Shown here in pieces: positions 63,736 to 64,000 of a stretch of 64,000 nt of DNA. Source of the stretch: Isurus oxyrinchus (lineage: Eukaryota); the NCBI GenBank assembly GCA_026770705.1, contig JANJGN010000012.1, forward strand, positions 22,382,001-22,446,000, written 5' to 3'. Numbering within the stretch: position 1 is the stretch's first letter; each line of letters opens with the position of its first letter. The notes below the pieces were generated by a model that ran no database searches, was not told where the DNA came from, and worked only from the letters and a program-made list of their open reading frames with translations. The position numbers and the translations under genes are program-made.

Positions 63736-64000
63736 TATTGATAATCAATAGAAGTTTGGAGGTTGGCAATGGGAGAAGGATTGTTGATCACATAAATAAT
63801 CCCTCGTATCTTGTCCTGAAGAATACCTGGGACATCCCTTGCCCCGATTTGATCCGTTTTTCTGACACGCTATGTCCTGACTCTGCTCATCCCCATGGCA
63901 ACACAGATGACTCACTGTGTTGAAGGAGCGCCATTTTGTCATAGAAACAGCAAGATGCCATTCAGCCCGTTAAACTTGTTCCACCATTCAATGACAGCAT

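Overview
This is vertebrate non-genic (intronic or intergenic) DNA. The repeat families point to a cartilaginous fish (shark-like): CR1/HER1-type LINEs, Deu-domain SINEs and Penelope elements. No intact host protein-coding gene is supportable, and almost all ORF-track calls are repeat debris. The dominant feature is an ~18.5 kb tandem array (9700-28208) of a 17-bp near-palindromic unit, AAYGCATTGYGAGTSAT, with kb-scale higher-order duplications. The rest is a nested mosaic of transposable elements: a full-length but decayed 4.15 kb PIF/Harbinger transposon (Myb/SANT gene plus DDE transposase, CAG TSD), about 8 Harbinger-type MITEs, a near full-length CR1 LINE nested in another CR1, Penelope-like elements carrying minimal hammerhead ribozyme motifs, three solo LTRs with clean TSDs, and many SINEs. 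The best leads are the satellite's architecture, two Harbinger-family insertions at the same CAG of the same SINE family, and hammerhead motifs that coincide with fold-back junctions. Family names come from recognising motifs, not from database searches. Boundaries without a stated TSD are approximate.
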